Source: Gemmatimonadota bacterium (GTDB taxonomy: Bacteria; Gemmatimonadota; Gemmatimonadetes; Palauibacterales; KS3-K002). Taken from it: DNA of 63,649 bases. Position 1 is the stretch's first letter. Every line of letters starts with the position of its first letter. Below are positions 1 to 9,783 of this stretch, piece after piece. The stretch is taken from assembly GCA_039586795.1 (NCBI GenBank), contig JBDHJS010000018.1, positions 1 to 63,649 of the forward strand. Direction: 5' to 3'. A model generated the notes under the pieces. It saw only the letters and a program-made list of their open reading frames with translations. It did no database searches and had not been told where the DNA came from. The translations under genes were made by a program, and so were the position numbers.

Positions 1-305
1 CGCAGCTATCGGGCGGTCAGCAGCAGCGTGTGGCGGTGGCGCGAGCGATCGTCGGCCAGCCGTTGATCCTGCTGGCGGACGAGCCGACGGGTAATCTCGA
101 CTCGAAGAACGGCGGCCACGTGATGGATCTGATGAAAGAGCTCCATCAAGAAGGCTCGACGATTTGCATGGTCACGCACGATCCGCGCTACGCGCACTTC
201 GCGGACCGGACCGTCAACCTGTTCGATGGCCAGATCATTTCCGAGTCGAACGGCACGGCTGCCGAGCAAATCGAGCAACTGCACGAGAGCGGATTCGACG
301 CCTGA
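1..305 (+). CDS. ABC transporter ATP-binding protein (LolD/MacB type), 5'-truncated by window edge
   Basis: Frame from nt 3 reads QLSGGQQQRVAVARA (signature), LILLADEPTGNLD (Walker B/D-loop), MVTHD (H-loop). Confidence 0.93.
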   Translation, partial: QLSGGQQQRVAVARAIVGQPLILLADEPTGNLDSKNGGHVMDLMKELHQEGSTICMVTHDPRYAHFADRTVNLFDGQIISESNGTAAEQIEQLHESGFDA

Positions 306-337
306 TTTGCGGCAGCGGGCCTTGAGGAACAGCTGAA

Positions 338-409
338 GGAGTTGTGGAGTTCAGGAGTCTGAAGCGATGCCCGGCCTGCATCCTTCGCCCTCCATCCCTC
401 CACAACTCC
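338..409. repeat. Imperfect inverted repeat built from ~8-nt periodic units, between convergent genes
   Basis: GGAGTTGTGGAG...GGAG...GAAG.GATGC pairs with GCATC.CTTC...CTCC...CTCCACAACTCC. Confidence 0.7.
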
Positions 410-445
410 AAACGTTTCTGTCCCCTGGCCTCCAGTTGCCGGGAG

Positions 446-1213
446 CTAGACCTTCACTCGCGCGCGTACGGTCGACAGACCACCATCCACGCCAAAGACT
501 TGCCCATTTACCCAGCTTGCCTCCGGGCTCAGCAGCCAAGTGATCGCCGAGCTTATGTCTGAAGGCTCGCCGAGCCGGCCAGAGGGATGCATTGCAACGG
601 AAGCGCGCTCAGCGTGCTCGTTCTCGACGATGTGCGCGGTCAGCGGCGTGCGCACCATGCCAGGCGCGACGGCATTGACGCGAATCCCAGCGCGTGCGTA
701 GGTGGCGGCGGCCGACAGTACGAGGCCGATCACTCCGGCCTTCGCCGCCCCGATCGCCTCGTGGTTCGCGAGTCCGACTCGCGCAGCCGCAGACGATACG
801 AGCACGATCGACCCGCCTGTCTTCATCATAGCCCGAGCGCCAGCACGTACGGCAGAGAACGCGCTCTTCAGGTTGACGGTCAACGTCTCATCCCACTCTT
901 CATCGCTCGTCAGGTGCGCAGGCTTTAGCAGCATCGAACCGACGCAATTCACGATGCCGTCCAACCTGCCATACGCATCCACGGTTGCCGAGACAATGCT
1001 GTCCACTTCCCCACTCGTCGTCGCGTCGAGTCGATACGGTCGAACATCGAGCGTACGTGCCAGCTCACCGAGGCGCTCCGCGTCGCGACCTCCGACTACC
1101 AGATTGGCTCCCTGTGCGGCAAGCTTTCGTGCTACATCAGAGCCGATACCGCCTGTCGCACCCAGAATCACGTAGCTTTTTCCCTCAATCGTACTCGCGC
1201 CGTCCATGTTCAT
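446..1213 (-). CDS. SDR family NAD(P)-dependent oxidoreductase
   Basis: GATGGIG Rossmann motif, NCVG, VSS, catalytic motif altered to IGAAK, GIRVNAVAPG. Start reassigned to ATG 1213 (1207 is the alternative) after a GAGG-like RBS. Confidence 0.9.
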   Translation of the reverse strand: MNMDGASTIEGKSYVILGATGGIGSDVARKLAAQGANLVVGGRDAERLGELARTLDVRPYRLDATTSGEVDSIVSATVDAYGRLDGIVNCVGSMLLKPAHLTSDEEWDETLTVNLKSAFSAVRAGARAMMKTGGSIVLVSSAAARVGLANHEAIGAAKAGVIGLVLSAAATYARAGIRVNAVAPGMVRTPLTAHIVENEHAERASVAMHPSGRLGEPSDISSAITWLLSPEASWVNGQVFGVDGGLSTVRARVKV

Positions 1214-1300
1214 CTCGCCTCGATTGCCAACATGTCGATGTCGACCCAATTGACGCCATGACAACTTCCGGAAATAGAGATCATTCAACCTTCACTTCAA

Positions 1301-1337
1301 CAAAACGCGGGGAGATGCGTTCGGCGCCTCCCCGCGT
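1301..1337 (-). terminator. Intrinsic terminator downstream of fasciclin gene
   Basis: ACGCGGGGAG...CTCCCCGCGT stem, followed on the minus strand by TTTTGTTG. Confidence 0.65.
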
Positions 1338-1445
1338 ACGGCTCATGGCATGACCACCCGGCCAAACACCCCCGAACCTCAATCCACCTCTTGATACCCT
1401 GTCCCGGCAGTCTCTTCAATGATCTATCACAACAATTAACCTCAG

Positions 1446-1490
1446 CTGGCGTTGCGGGGCCTCCTGACGGATCGACGCCCGCAACGCCAG
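1446..1490. other. Stable hairpin directly after fasciclin stop codon
   Basis: CTGGCGTTGCGGG / CCCGCAACGCCAG, 13-bp perfect stem. Confidence 0.6.
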
Positions 1491-1498
1491 TCCACCCA

Positions 1499-2011
1499 CT
1501 ACTTGTCGCCAGGTAAAACGACGCTGTCGATCACGTGGATCACGCCATTGCTGGCCGAGATGTCGGTCTTGATGATCTGGGCGTCGTCGATATACGCCTT
1601 ACCGTCCTTCATCCAGATTTTCAGCTCCTCGCCCTGTACCGTCTTTAGAGAGCTCATCTCCAACACGTCACTGGCCATCAGCTCGCCGGGAACTACGTGA
1701 TACATGAGGATCGCCGCCAACTTCTCGCGATTCTCGGGCTTCAACAGCTCTTCGACCGTGCCGGCCGGCAATTTGGCGAACGCTTCATCCGTCGGCGCGA
1801 AAACCGTGAACGGGCCATCGCTCTTGAGGACGTCGACCAGACCCGCCGCCTGCGCCGCCGCGAGCAGCGTGTTGAACTGGCCCGCCGCGGAAGCGGTCTC
1901 GACGATGTCTCTGTCGTACTCGTGCGAGGACATGTGCTGCGCTTGGGCCGGCAAGCTCACCGCGAGGATCGCTGCCAGCGCTACCAAAGGAGAAATCATC
2001 CGTTTCTGCAT
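1499..2011 (-). CDS. Secreted fasciclin (FAS1) domain protein
   Basis: Signal peptide (AQA), [10 protein letters not shown] (H1), [20 protein letters not shown] (H2); AGGAGG RBS. Confidence 0.95.
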   Translation of the reverse strand: MQKRMISPLVALAAILAVSLPAQAQHMSSHEYDRDIVETASAAGQFNTLLAAAQAAGLVDVLKSDGPFTVFAPTDEAFAKLPAGTVEELLKPENREKLAAILMYHVVPGELMASDVLEMSSLKTVQGEELKIWMKDGKAYIDDAQIIKTDISASNGVIHVIDSVVLPGDK

Positions 2012-2095
2012 CCTGCTATCCTCCTATTTTGCCCGGCCTCAACCGAGCCTGGGGAACCTGGCGGGTGGCCCCAAATAGCCACGTGGCCGCCTTGT

Positions 2096-2193
2096 TGTCT
2101 AAGTGTTGTCAATTAAACTAATGGACAATACCTCGATGTCAATGGTTTGTCTAACATCTAATTCTTGACATTTAATGGACAGAGTCATACTTT
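2096..2193. promoter_or_regulatory. Divergent promoter with CarH/LitR-type operator (11-bp-spaced TNGACA pairs)
   Basis: Minus-strand motifs at 2096/2107 and 2137/2148, plus-strand motifs at 2165/2176. Plus promoter TTGACA-N17-TACTTT (2165-2193); minus promoter TTGACA-N16-TAGTTT (2142-2115). Confidence 0.75.
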
Positions 2194-2202
2194 TCGATCA
2201 CC

Positions 2203-3201
2203 ATGATTAAGAAACGTGTTGTGAACGAGCCTGAACACAGCGTGAAACGCCACCCGATCCGGGTCGTCTCCCGGCGCACGGGTCTCAGCCGCGACGTCTT
2301 GCGGGCCTGGGAAAGCCGCTACGGGTTGCTTGATCCGGAGCGCTCGAAGGGGGGCCAGCGACTGTATTCGGATGAAGACATACAGCGGCTGCAGCTGATC
2401 CGCCGTTCCCTGGAGGCGGGGCGTCGCATCGGCCAGGTGGCAAGGCTCCCGATCGAGGAGTTGCAGCACCTGGTGAATGAGGACCTGCGGGCCGGCGAGT
2501 CCAGGCCAGACGGCGATGGCCATGTCGGTTCGCGTCCCGAGGCACTCAAGCTGCTCGAAGCGAGCCTGGCGGCGGTGGAGGATCTGAACCCGAAGGGTCT
2601 GGAGACCGCGCTGAGCCGTGCCGCTGTGTCCCTGCCGGCCTCCGCCTATATCGACCGGGTCCTCACGCCGCTGCTGATCGGGATCGGGGACCTCTGGGCG
2701 GCCGGGTTCATCACTCCGGGCCACGAGCGCGTCGCCACCATGATCATCAGACGCCAGCTCGACCAGATTCGCACCGCAGCCAACGACCCTGAGGGTCCGT
2801 TGCTCGTGGTCGCCACGCCTTCCGGTCAGCATCACGAGTTAGGCGCTATGTTGGCGGCGGCGGCAGCCGCGACGGCGGGGTGGCAGGTCGTCTACCTGGG
2901 GCCGGATCTGCCCTCAGGATCGATAGCCAAGGCGGTGGTGGAGACGGGGGCTGCGGCGATGGCGCTCAGCATCACTTACCCGCCATCCGATCCGGGCTTG
3001 CTGGTGGAGCTCCGGGAGGTGCGGCGTTTACTGCCGAATGGCTTCCCTGTTATCGTTGGTGGACGTGCAGCGGCGAGCTACCAAGATGTGTTGGAGGAGA
3101 TCGAGGCTGTCCGTCTACCCAATGAACCGTCGGTGCGCTCGGCCCTTGATTGGGTCCGCTTATCACGAGAGGTGCGGGAGCCGAGCCAAGCGTCCGACTA
3201 G
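2203..3201 (+). CDS. carH: MerR-family regulator with B12-binding domain (CarH/LitR-like), paralog 1
   Basis: MerR HTH (LRAWESRYGLLDPERSKGGQRLYS), helical bundle W-x9-ER, Rossmann QHHELG...YLG...ALSIT...VGG. Confidence 0.9.
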   Translation: MIKKRVVNEPEHSVKRHPIRVVSRRTGLSRDVLRAWESRYGLLDPERSKGGQRLYSDEDIQRLQLIRRSLEAGRRIGQVARLPIEELQHLVNEDLRAGESRPDGDGHVGSRPEALKLLEASLAAVEDLNPKGLETALSRAAVSLPASAYIDRVLTPLLIGIGDLWAAGFITPGHERVATMIIRRQLDQIRTAANDPEGPLLVVATPSGQHHELGAMLAAAAAATAGWQVVYLGPDLPSGSIAKAVVETGAAAMALSITYPPSDPGLLVELREVRRLLPNGFPVIVGGRAAASYQDVLEEIEAVRLPNEPSVRSALDWVRLSREVREPSQASD

Positions 3202-3213
3202 TTGAGCGGATCG

Positions 3214-4674
3214 ATGACCGTACCGGAGTCAAGAGTAACGACCTGCACGAACGCTCCGTCTCGCGAAGACGGAGCGTTCGTGCTCTACTGGATGGTCACC
3301 AGTCGACGCACGCGCTGGAATTTCGGGCTGCAGCACGCCGTGGACTGGGCGCAGCGGCTCAACAAGCCGCTGCTGGTCCTCGAAGCGCTGCGCAGTGGTT
3401 ACCCGTGGGCCAGTGACCGCATCCATCGCTTCGTTCTTGACGGAATGGCAGACAACGCCAGGCGTCTGCAATCCACCGCGGCGACGGCCTACAGCTATAT
3501 CGAGGACGAACGCGGCGCCGGCAGCGGGCTGCTGGAAGCGCTCGGCGAACAGGCCTGCGTCGTCATCGCTGACGAGTATCCCGCCTTCTTCATCCCTCGG
3601 ATGATCGCGGCTGTGGCCCCCCGTATTGGGGTGCGTTTCGAACAGGTCGACTCCAACGGACTACTGCCCCTGCGTGCCAGCGAAAGGGTCTTCCCTACCG
3701 CGCACTCTTTCCGCAGACACCTACAGAAGACGTTGCCGGCGCATCTCGCGGCAATTCCCGACGAGGATCCGCTGAAGGGTGTCGACCTGCCCCGCCTGGC
3801 GGGGCTTCCCAAGCCGATCCTCGAGCGCTGGCCCAACGCGATGGACTCGCTGATCGCCGGAGACATCACGCTGAGCGAATTGCCCATCGATCATGCGGTA
3901 GCGACGGTCGACATGGTGGGCGGCGCTGCCGAAGCGGACCGCCGGTTGGAGCGCTTCATCGACCAGAGGCTCGATGACTATGCCGAGCTAAGAAACCACC
4001 CCGACCATGAAGCGACCACTGACCTGTCTCCCTACTTACACTTCGGACACGTGTCGACTCATGAGATCTTCGCGCGACTGAGCGCTCGTGAGGATTGGGA
4101 TGTAGATCGCCTGGACGCCGACACCAGCGGCAAGCGGAGCGGCTGGTGGGGGATGAGCGAGAGCGCTGAGGCGCTGCTCGACCAGCTCGTCACCTGGCGC
4201 GAACTGGGCTTCAACATGTGCGCGCTGGCCGCTGACTACGAAAGCTACGAGTCGCTACCGGGTTGGGCGCAGACGACGCTGGCCGAACATGAGCGGGACC
4301 ACCGCCCGCACCTCTACACGCTGGCCGAGTTGGAGCGTGCGCGTACCCACGATCATTTGTGGAACGCCGCCCAGACGCAGCTGCTCCGCGAGGGCCGTCT
4401 TCACAACTATCTGCGCATGCTGTGGGGAAAGCGCATCCTCGAGTGGAGTCCCACGCCGCGCGACGCGCTGGACGTGATGATCGAGCTGAACAACAAGTAC
4501 GCCCTGGACGGCCGCGACCCCAACTCCTACAGCGGTATCTTCTGGTGCCTGGGTCGCTACGATCGCGCCTGGGGCCCCGAGCGACCGATCTTCGGCAAGA
4601 TCCGCTACATGAGCTCGGAGAATACTCTGCGCAAGCTGCGGCTCTCCGAGTACCTGGAGCGCTACACGCCGTGA
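3214..4674 (+). CDS. Class II CPD deoxyribodipyrimidine photolyase
   Basis: VLYWM, LSPYLHFG, HNYLRMLWGKRILEW, DGRDPNSY, FGKIRYM. Alternative TTG start at 3202. Confidence 0.93.
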   Translation: MTVPESRVTTCTNAPSREDGAFVLYWMVTSRRTRWNFGLQHAVDWAQRLNKPLLVLEALRSGYPWASDRIHRFVLDGMADNARRLQSTAATAYSYIEDERGAGSGLLEALGEQACVVIADEYPAFFIPRMIAAVAPRIGVRFEQVDSNGLLPLRASERVFPTAHSFRRHLQKTLPAHLAAIPDEDPLKGVDLPRLAGLPKPILERWPNAMDSLIAGDITLSELPIDHAVATVDMVGGAAEADRRLERFIDQRLDDYAELRNHPDHEATTDLSPYLHFGHVSTHEIFARLSAREDWDVDRLDADTSGKRSGWWGMSESAEALLDQLVTWRELGFNMCALAADYESYESLPGWAQTTLAEHERDHRPHLYTLAELERARTHDHLWNAAQTQLLREGRLHNYLRMLWGKRILEWSPTPRDALDVMIELNNKYALDGRDPNSYSGIFWCLGRYDRAWGPERPIFGKIRYMSSENTLRKLRLSEYLERYTP

Positions 4675-6350
4675 CCCTCTTCACCCGCCAGTTGTCTGAA
4701 CGGCAGCCCTCGTCACACGACCGCCGCTGGCTCTACGTACCCTACGATCAGCTGTCGGATCGCATCGGACCTCTGTCGCGAGAAGACCCCGCCGAGCTCG
4801 GCATTGTGCTGGTCGAGAACGCCTGGAAGGCGGCACTACGTCCTTACCACAAGGCCAAACTGGTGCTAATCCTGGCAAACCAGCGGCACTTCGCCCTGGA
4901 ACAGGCCGCGCGCGGCGTCGCGGTCCGCTACGAATTCGCGAATGCCCCGTTTGCAGAAGCGCTAGCCGTACCGGTTGACGAGCTCGGTCCGCTCCGCGTC
5001 ATGGAGCCTGCCGAGCGAGAGCTGCGCGTCGACCTGGCGCCGTTGATTGGGGCTGGCGGTCTCCAGGTCATTCCCCACGAAGGCTGGCTGACGACGGAAG
5101 ATGATTTCCGCGCCAGTCACCCGAAGGGGCCGCCGTGGCGCATGGACAAGTTCTACAGATATGTGCGCAAGAAGACGCGCATCTTGATGGAGGATGGCAA
5201 GCCGGTCGGCGGCAAGCTCAGCTTCGACAGCGATAACCGCAGCGCCTGGCAGGGTGACCCGCCGCCGCCCGAGCTGCCAAGCTTTCCACTCGATGAGATC
5301 AAGCAGGAAGTGCTCGATCTCATCGAGGAGCGTTTTTCCCAGCACCCCGGCCAGCTCGATCCGCAAGCGCTGCCGGCCACGGCGACCGACGCGACGGCGC
5401 TCTGGCAGTGGGCACGGGCGGAATGCCTACCGCGCTTCGGCCCCTACCAGGACGCCATGTCCTTGCGCTCGGACAGCCTCTTTCACACGCGCATATCGGC
5501 GCTGCTGAATCTGCATCGCGTGACCCCGCGTCAGGTCGTCGATGACGCGCTCGCCGTCGATGCGCCCATCGCGAGTATCGAAGGATTCATTCGCCAGGTG
5601 CTGGGCTGGCGCGAGTACGTGCGACACGTTCACCGGGCCACCGACGGATTCCGATCGGCCCCCACAGGCACCGTGGCCGTGGCGGCGGAACCCGGCGACG
5701 GCGGATACGAACGTTGGCAAGGCGAAAGTTGGAAGCGGCCGTCGCTGGAATCCGACTTGGATGGAGGCGCCCAGCCCTCCGACCTCGGATCGGCTGAGCC
5801 GCTCCCTTCCGCCTTCTGGTCCGGGGGCTCAGGGCTGAACTGCCTGGACCATGTGGTCAAGGATGTCTGGTCGACGGGCTACGGCCATCACATCACGCGC
5901 CTGATGGTCCTCGCCAACATCGCGACTCTGGTCGATACGTCTCCCAGGCAATTGACCGATTGGTTCTGGTGTGCCTACGCGGATGCTTACGATTGGGTGG
6001 TTGAACCCAATGTTCTGGGAATGGGGAGCTACGGCGTTGGCGAACTGATGACCACCAAACCCTACATTTCGGGCGCCGCCTACATCAACCGGATGAGCGA
6101 TTATTGCGCTGACTGCGGATTCGACCCGAAGACGAACTGCCCGATAACCGGACTTTACTGGTCGTTCCTCGACCGCCACGAGGAGAAGCTAGCGTCGAAC
6201 CCACGACTGCGCCTACCGATGGCATCGCTACGAAAGCGATCTGTCCAGCAGCGCCAGCGCGACCGAGCCGTCTTCGAATGGGTGCGCACCAAATTCGGAC
6301 AGGGCGCACAGCTGCGGCCGGGTGAGGTCAGCCACCCGAAGGATTGCTGA
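4671..6350 (+). CDS. FeS-cluster bacterial cryptochrome/(6-4) photolyase (FeS-BCP, PhrB/CryB-like)
   Basis: DQL, HKAKL, EGFIRQVLGWREY, HHITRLM, DAYDWVVEPNVLGM, TKPY; four Cys (LNCL, YCADC, NCP). GTG start overlaps the upstream TGA (GTGA). Confidence 0.92.
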   Translation: MTLFTRQLSERQPSSHDRRWLYVPYDQLSDRIGPLSREDPAELGIVLVENAWKAALRPYHKAKLVLILANQRHFALEQAARGVAVRYEFANAPFAEALAVPVDELGPLRVMEPAERELRVDLAPLIGAGGLQVIPHEGWLTTEDDFRASHPKGPPWRMDKFYRYVRKKTRILMEDGKPVGGKLSFDSDNRSAWQGDPPPPELPSFPLDEIKQEVLDLIEERFSQHPGQLDPQALPATATDATALWQWARAECLPRFGPYQDAMSLRSDSLFHTRISALLNLHRVTPRQVVDDALAVDAPIASIEGFIRQVLGWREYVRHVHRATDGFRSAPTGTVAVAAEPGDGGYERWQGESWKRPSLESDLDGGAQPSDLGSAEPLPSAFWSGGSGLNCLDHVVKDVWSTGYGHHITRLMVLANIATLVDTSPRQLTDWFWCAYADAYDWVVEPNVLGMGSYGVGELMTTKPYISGAAYINRMSDYCADCGFDPKTNCPITGLYWSFLDRHEEKLASNPRLRLPMASLRKRSVQQRQRDRAVFEWVRTKFGQGAQLRPGEVSHPKDC

Positions 6351-7851
6351 CCTCGGTGCTCGCCGCGCGGTGGGCGTGTCCGGCGGCGCCGTTCTCTCCC
6401 TCGGCCATCGCCGCTACAATGCCGCGCAGCGTACCGGCGAAGACCAACTGGTGCAGCGGAAACAGCGCGTACCAGTAGAGCAACCCCAACAGCCCCACCG
6501 GGTCGAAGATCGACGTTTGCCGGATGGTTGACCCATTCCCTTCCGGCTCGACTTCGAACTGCAACCACGCGCGCCCGGGCAGCTTCATCTCGGCGTAGAG
6601 CCGTAGCAGCTTGTTCGGCTCTATCGCCTCCACACGCCAGAAATCGAGCGCGTCACCGGGAACTAGGTTTTCAGGATCGCGGCGACCACGTCGCAAGCCC
6701 ACGCCGCCAACAAGCAGATCGAGGAAGCCGCGCAGCTGCCAAAGCCGGTTATTTCCGGAGTACCAACCGGTGGCGCCACCGATGCGTTGGATCGGCCGAA
6801 ACGCCTGCTCGGGCCGATACGGCACTCGAGCCGTACGCGAGTCGACGATACGCGAACCGAACTTCGCGCCTCCCCATTCCAGCGTGTCTCCCGACGAGAG
6901 CGCGTCTGACCAGCTAGTCGCGGCGAACTCCTGGTCTTCGTTGACCAGCGCCCGCTCGATCGCTTCGCGAATTCCCCGCGGCCGGATGTCGGGAAACAAC
7001 CAGACCGCCGCGTCGTCATCCACCACCGTGGCGTTGCGCAGGCTGTCGATCAGCTCCCGACCGACGCGGGCATAGACCGGAGTCACTAGCCCCAACCAGA
7101 GGCTGGAGAGCCGAGGACTGAGGACCGGAACACGAATCATGAACCGCCTCAGCCCGCGCTGACGCGCGTACTCCTTCATGATGTCCATGTAGGAGACCGC
7201 GTCGCCGCCGCCAATTTCCACCACGCGACTTTCCTGCAACTGGATGCTTCGCGCGCTCACCAGATACCCGATCAGGTCCTCGATTGCCAACGGTTGCGTC
7301 TGTTGGCTTACCCAACGCGGCGTGATCATCACGGGGAGCTTCTGCACCAGGGCACGAATCATCTCGAACGAAAGACTTCCCGACCCGATGATGATCGAGG
7401 CGCGCAGTTCGACTGTCGCGACGCCGGACTCGCGAAGGATACGGCCCACTTCCTGGCGGCTCCGCAAGTGCGGCGAGAGCCCGGGCTCGCGGCCGAGGCC
7501 GCCCAGATAGATGATCCTGCGGACCCCGGAGTCACGGGCCGCCTGCGCGAAGTTGTGAGCAGCGCGGCGGTCCTCTTCCTCGAAGTCACCCCGCGAGCCC
7601 ATGGAGTGGATCATGTAGTAGGTCACATCCACGCCCGCCATCGCTCTTCGCAGCGACTCGACGTCGAACACATCACCCGCCACCACCTCAGTCGAAGTTG
7701 CGACTCGGGGTGTCAAGAACTCGGGTCGACGGGCCAGGCAGCGGATCGGTTCATTGCGTCGCTCCAGCTCCCTAACTAACCGACCACCCACGTAACCGCT
7801 GGCTCCTGTCACCAGCGTCAATCCGGCTGAGGCTTCGTGCGGTTCAGTCAT
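6328..7851 (-). CDS. NAD(P)-binding SDR-like protein with C-terminal DUF2867 (YbjT-like)
   Basis: TGASGYVG, YYMIHSM, LRASIIIGSGS, LDFWRVE, AEMKLPGRAWL. Confidence 0.88.
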   Translation of the reverse strand: MTEPHEASAGLTLVTGASGYVGGRLVRELERRNEPIRCLARRPEFLTPRVATSTEVVAGDVFDVESLRRAMAGVDVTYYMIHSMGSRGDFEEEDRRAAHNFAQAARDSGVRRIIYLGGLGREPGLSPHLRSRQEVGRILRESGVATVELRASIIIGSGSLSFEMIRALVQKLPVMITPRWVSQQTQPLAIEDLIGYLVSARSIQLQESRVVEIGGGDAVSYMDIMKEYARQRGLRRFMIRVPVLSPRLSSLWLGLVTPVYARVGRELIDSLRNATVVDDDAAVWLFPDIRPRGIREAIERALVNEDQEFAATSWSDALSSGDTLEWGGAKFGSRIVDSRTARVPYRPEQAFRPIQRIGGATGWYSGNNRLWQLRGFLDLLVGGVGLRRGRRDPENLVPGDALDFWRVEAIEPNKLLRLYAEMKLPGRAWLQFEVEPEGNGSTIRQTSIFDPVGLLGLLYWYALFPLHQLVFAGTLRGIVAAMAEGENGAAGHAHRAASTEVSNPSGG

Positions 7852-7871
7852 GCTGCGGCGGTCACCTCCGT

Positions 7872-8657
7872 TCAGCGCTCGGCACGTCGCGGGAACCAGG
7901 GGAAGAACGCGTTGGTGCGCTCCGCATAGTCACGATAGGCCGGCTTCGTCTCCTTCAAATTCTTCTCCAGCAGCGTCACTCCGGAGACCCGTCTCAAGAG
8001 CAACGTCATGAGCAGCGGGCTGTAGACCGTCCACCACGCGCCGGGCGTCGCCGCGGCGAAGCAGAACAACCCCCACCAGAGGAGGGCATCACCGAAGTAG
8101 TTGGGGTGCCGCGTATAGCGCCAGAAACCCCGTTCCATCACTTGGCCTCGGTTCGCCAGGTCGCTCTTGAAACGCGCCAATTGCCAGTCGCCGCCCGCTT
8201 CGAACAGAAAGCCTACGGCGAACAGCACGACACCTAGCATGTCGAGCCAAATCAGCTCGACGGGCTGCGCGCTGCGCTCCGCCTTCATGAGCGGCATCGA
8301 TATCGCCCACAGCAAGACGGCTTGCAGCCAGAACACTGTTATCAAGCTGCGGGCGGGAAACGTCTTGGGATTCGCTTCGCGCATCGCCTGGTACCGATAG
8401 TCCTCACCCCGGCCCCAGTTGCGCCAAAGGATATACAGCGAGAGCCTGACGCCCCAGACGGTCACGAGCGCCGCGACCAGATACGACCGCGTTGTCGGTG
8501 ACGGGCTGAACCCGAAGTAGAGCCAGGCTATGACCGCGAAGCCAAGGCCCCAGACGACGTCGATGATGCTTGCGTCCTTCTTCATGAGACTCAGCACCCA
8601 CGCTACGGTCATCATACCGAGGGCAGCGCCAAGCGCTACGAACGCGGTCGAGTACAT
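7872..8657 (-). CDS. DUF1295 / steroid 5-alpha-reductase-like membrane protein
   Basis: IDVVWG, GEDYRY, DWQL, GFWRYTRHPNYFGD, SGVTLLE; multiple TM segments. Confidence 0.9.
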   Translation of the reverse strand: MYSTAFVALGAALGMMTVAWVLSLMKKDASIIDVVWGLGFAVIAWLYFGFSPSPTTRSYLVAALVTVWGVRLSLYILWRNWGRGEDYRYQAMREANPKTFPARSLITVFWLQAVLLWAISMPLMKAERSAQPVELIWLDMLGVVLFAVGFLFEAGGDWQLARFKSDLANRGQVMERGFWRYTRHPNYFGDALLWWGLFCFAAATPGAWWTVYSPLLMTLLLRRVSGVTLLEKNLKETKPAYRDYAERTNAFFPWFPRRAER

Positions 8658-9764
8658 CTAGCCGACCAGCCCATGCGTAAGTTGCCTGAACGTCGGTCGC
8701 GGGACCCCGGCCGCCGGCTTTGGCGAGAACCGATAGTGGGAGACCCACCACTCATTTCCGCCGTTGAACGCAAACAACTCCGCGCACGCCATGAAGAATA
8801 GTCGCCATCGCATTAGCCAACGGCGCGCCGCGACTGGACCATAGATCTCGCGAAATAAGTCCAGCACTTGCTCGCGTCGAGCGTCGAGATTTCTCAGCCA
8901 CGCCTCAGCAGTCTCAGCGTAGTGTCGGCCATTCACCACCCAATGGTCGGTCAGCGCCATGTCCTGCTGGAAATGGAGCAGCAGGTCGTCGGACGGCATG
9001 ATGCCACCGGTGAAAAAGTAGCGACCCATCCAGTTCCCCGCCCCCTCGATTTCGAACGGGTATGCGACCGTTCGGTGACAGAAGATGTGAACAAACAGCT
9101 CGCCGTCAGGCTTCAGCCAACCAGAGATTCTGCGCAGCAGCACTTCGTAGTTCCGCATGTGCTCGAACATCTCGATCGAAATGACCCGGTCGAACTCGCG
9201 ATCCGTATGGAAGTCGTTCATATCGGCGGTAACGACCTCGACGTTCCTCAGGCCGCGGCGTCGGCACTCTCCCTCGATGAAACGACGTTGTGACGACGAG
9301 TTCGACACCGCGACGATCTCGCTGTTCGGATACCGGCTCGCCATCCAGAGTGTCAGGGAGCCCCACCCGCAGCCGAGCTCGAGGATCGACTGACCGTCCT
9401 GCAATCGCGCGCGCTCGCATGTCAGCCTCAACATTGCCGCTTCAGCCTCATCCAATGAAGACACACCGGCTGGCCAGTAAGCGCTCGAGTACTTGCGCTC
9501 TTTCCCGAGCACCAGTTGATAGAACTCCGCCGGTACTTCGTAGTGCTGCTCGTTCGCGGCGCTGGGATGAATAGCCACCGGGCTGTCTCTGAGCGCCGCG
9601 ATGAAGCCGCGCATCATCTGCCGCTGGACCTCTGCGTTCTCTCGCATTTCCTGACGAAGCCGCGCCTTCAGTAGGCGGCGTATGCCCCAACGCACCAGCG
9701 CGTCGGGCACTCGGCCACGCTCGGTCAGGTCTATTAGCACTGATTGAAGAGTCTCGAATCTCAT
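8658..9764 (-). CDS. SAM-dependent methyltransferase, CFA/CMAS family (coclaurine N-methyltransferase-like branch)
   Basis: [42 protein letters not shown]. Start 9764 (ATG) or 9779 (GTG). Confidence 0.9.
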   Translation of the reverse strand: MRFETLQSVLIDLTERGRVPDALVRWGIRRLLKARLRQEMRENAEVQRQMMRGFIAALRDSPVAIHPSAANEQHYEVPAEFYQLVLGKERKYSSAYWPAGVSSLDEAEAAMLRLTCERARLQDGQSILELGCGWGSLTLWMASRYPNSEIVAVSNSSSQRRFIEGECRRRGLRNVEVVTADMNDFHTDREFDRVISIEMFEHMRNYEVLLRRISGWLKPDGELFVHIFCHRTVAYPFEIEGAGNWMGRYFFTGGIMPSDDLLLHFQQDMALTDHWVVNGRHYAETAEAWLRNLDARREQVLDLFREIYGPVAARRWLMRWRLFFMACAELFAFNGGNEWWVSHYRFSPKPAAGVPRPTFRQLTHGLVG

Positions 9765-9783
9765 ATTAATAACACACACTCTC

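Noticed and set aside
1225..1263. TGTCGA/TTGACG/ATGACA motifs upstream of the SDR gene as a fourth CarH operator
   Set aside because: No same-strand pair at 11-bp spacing, so SDR membership in the regulon is unsupported.
4359..4670. 104-aa N-terminal extension of the FeS photolyase in the ORF track
   Set aside because: It overlaps the CPD photolyase in another frame; a GTGA coupled start at 4671 fits better.
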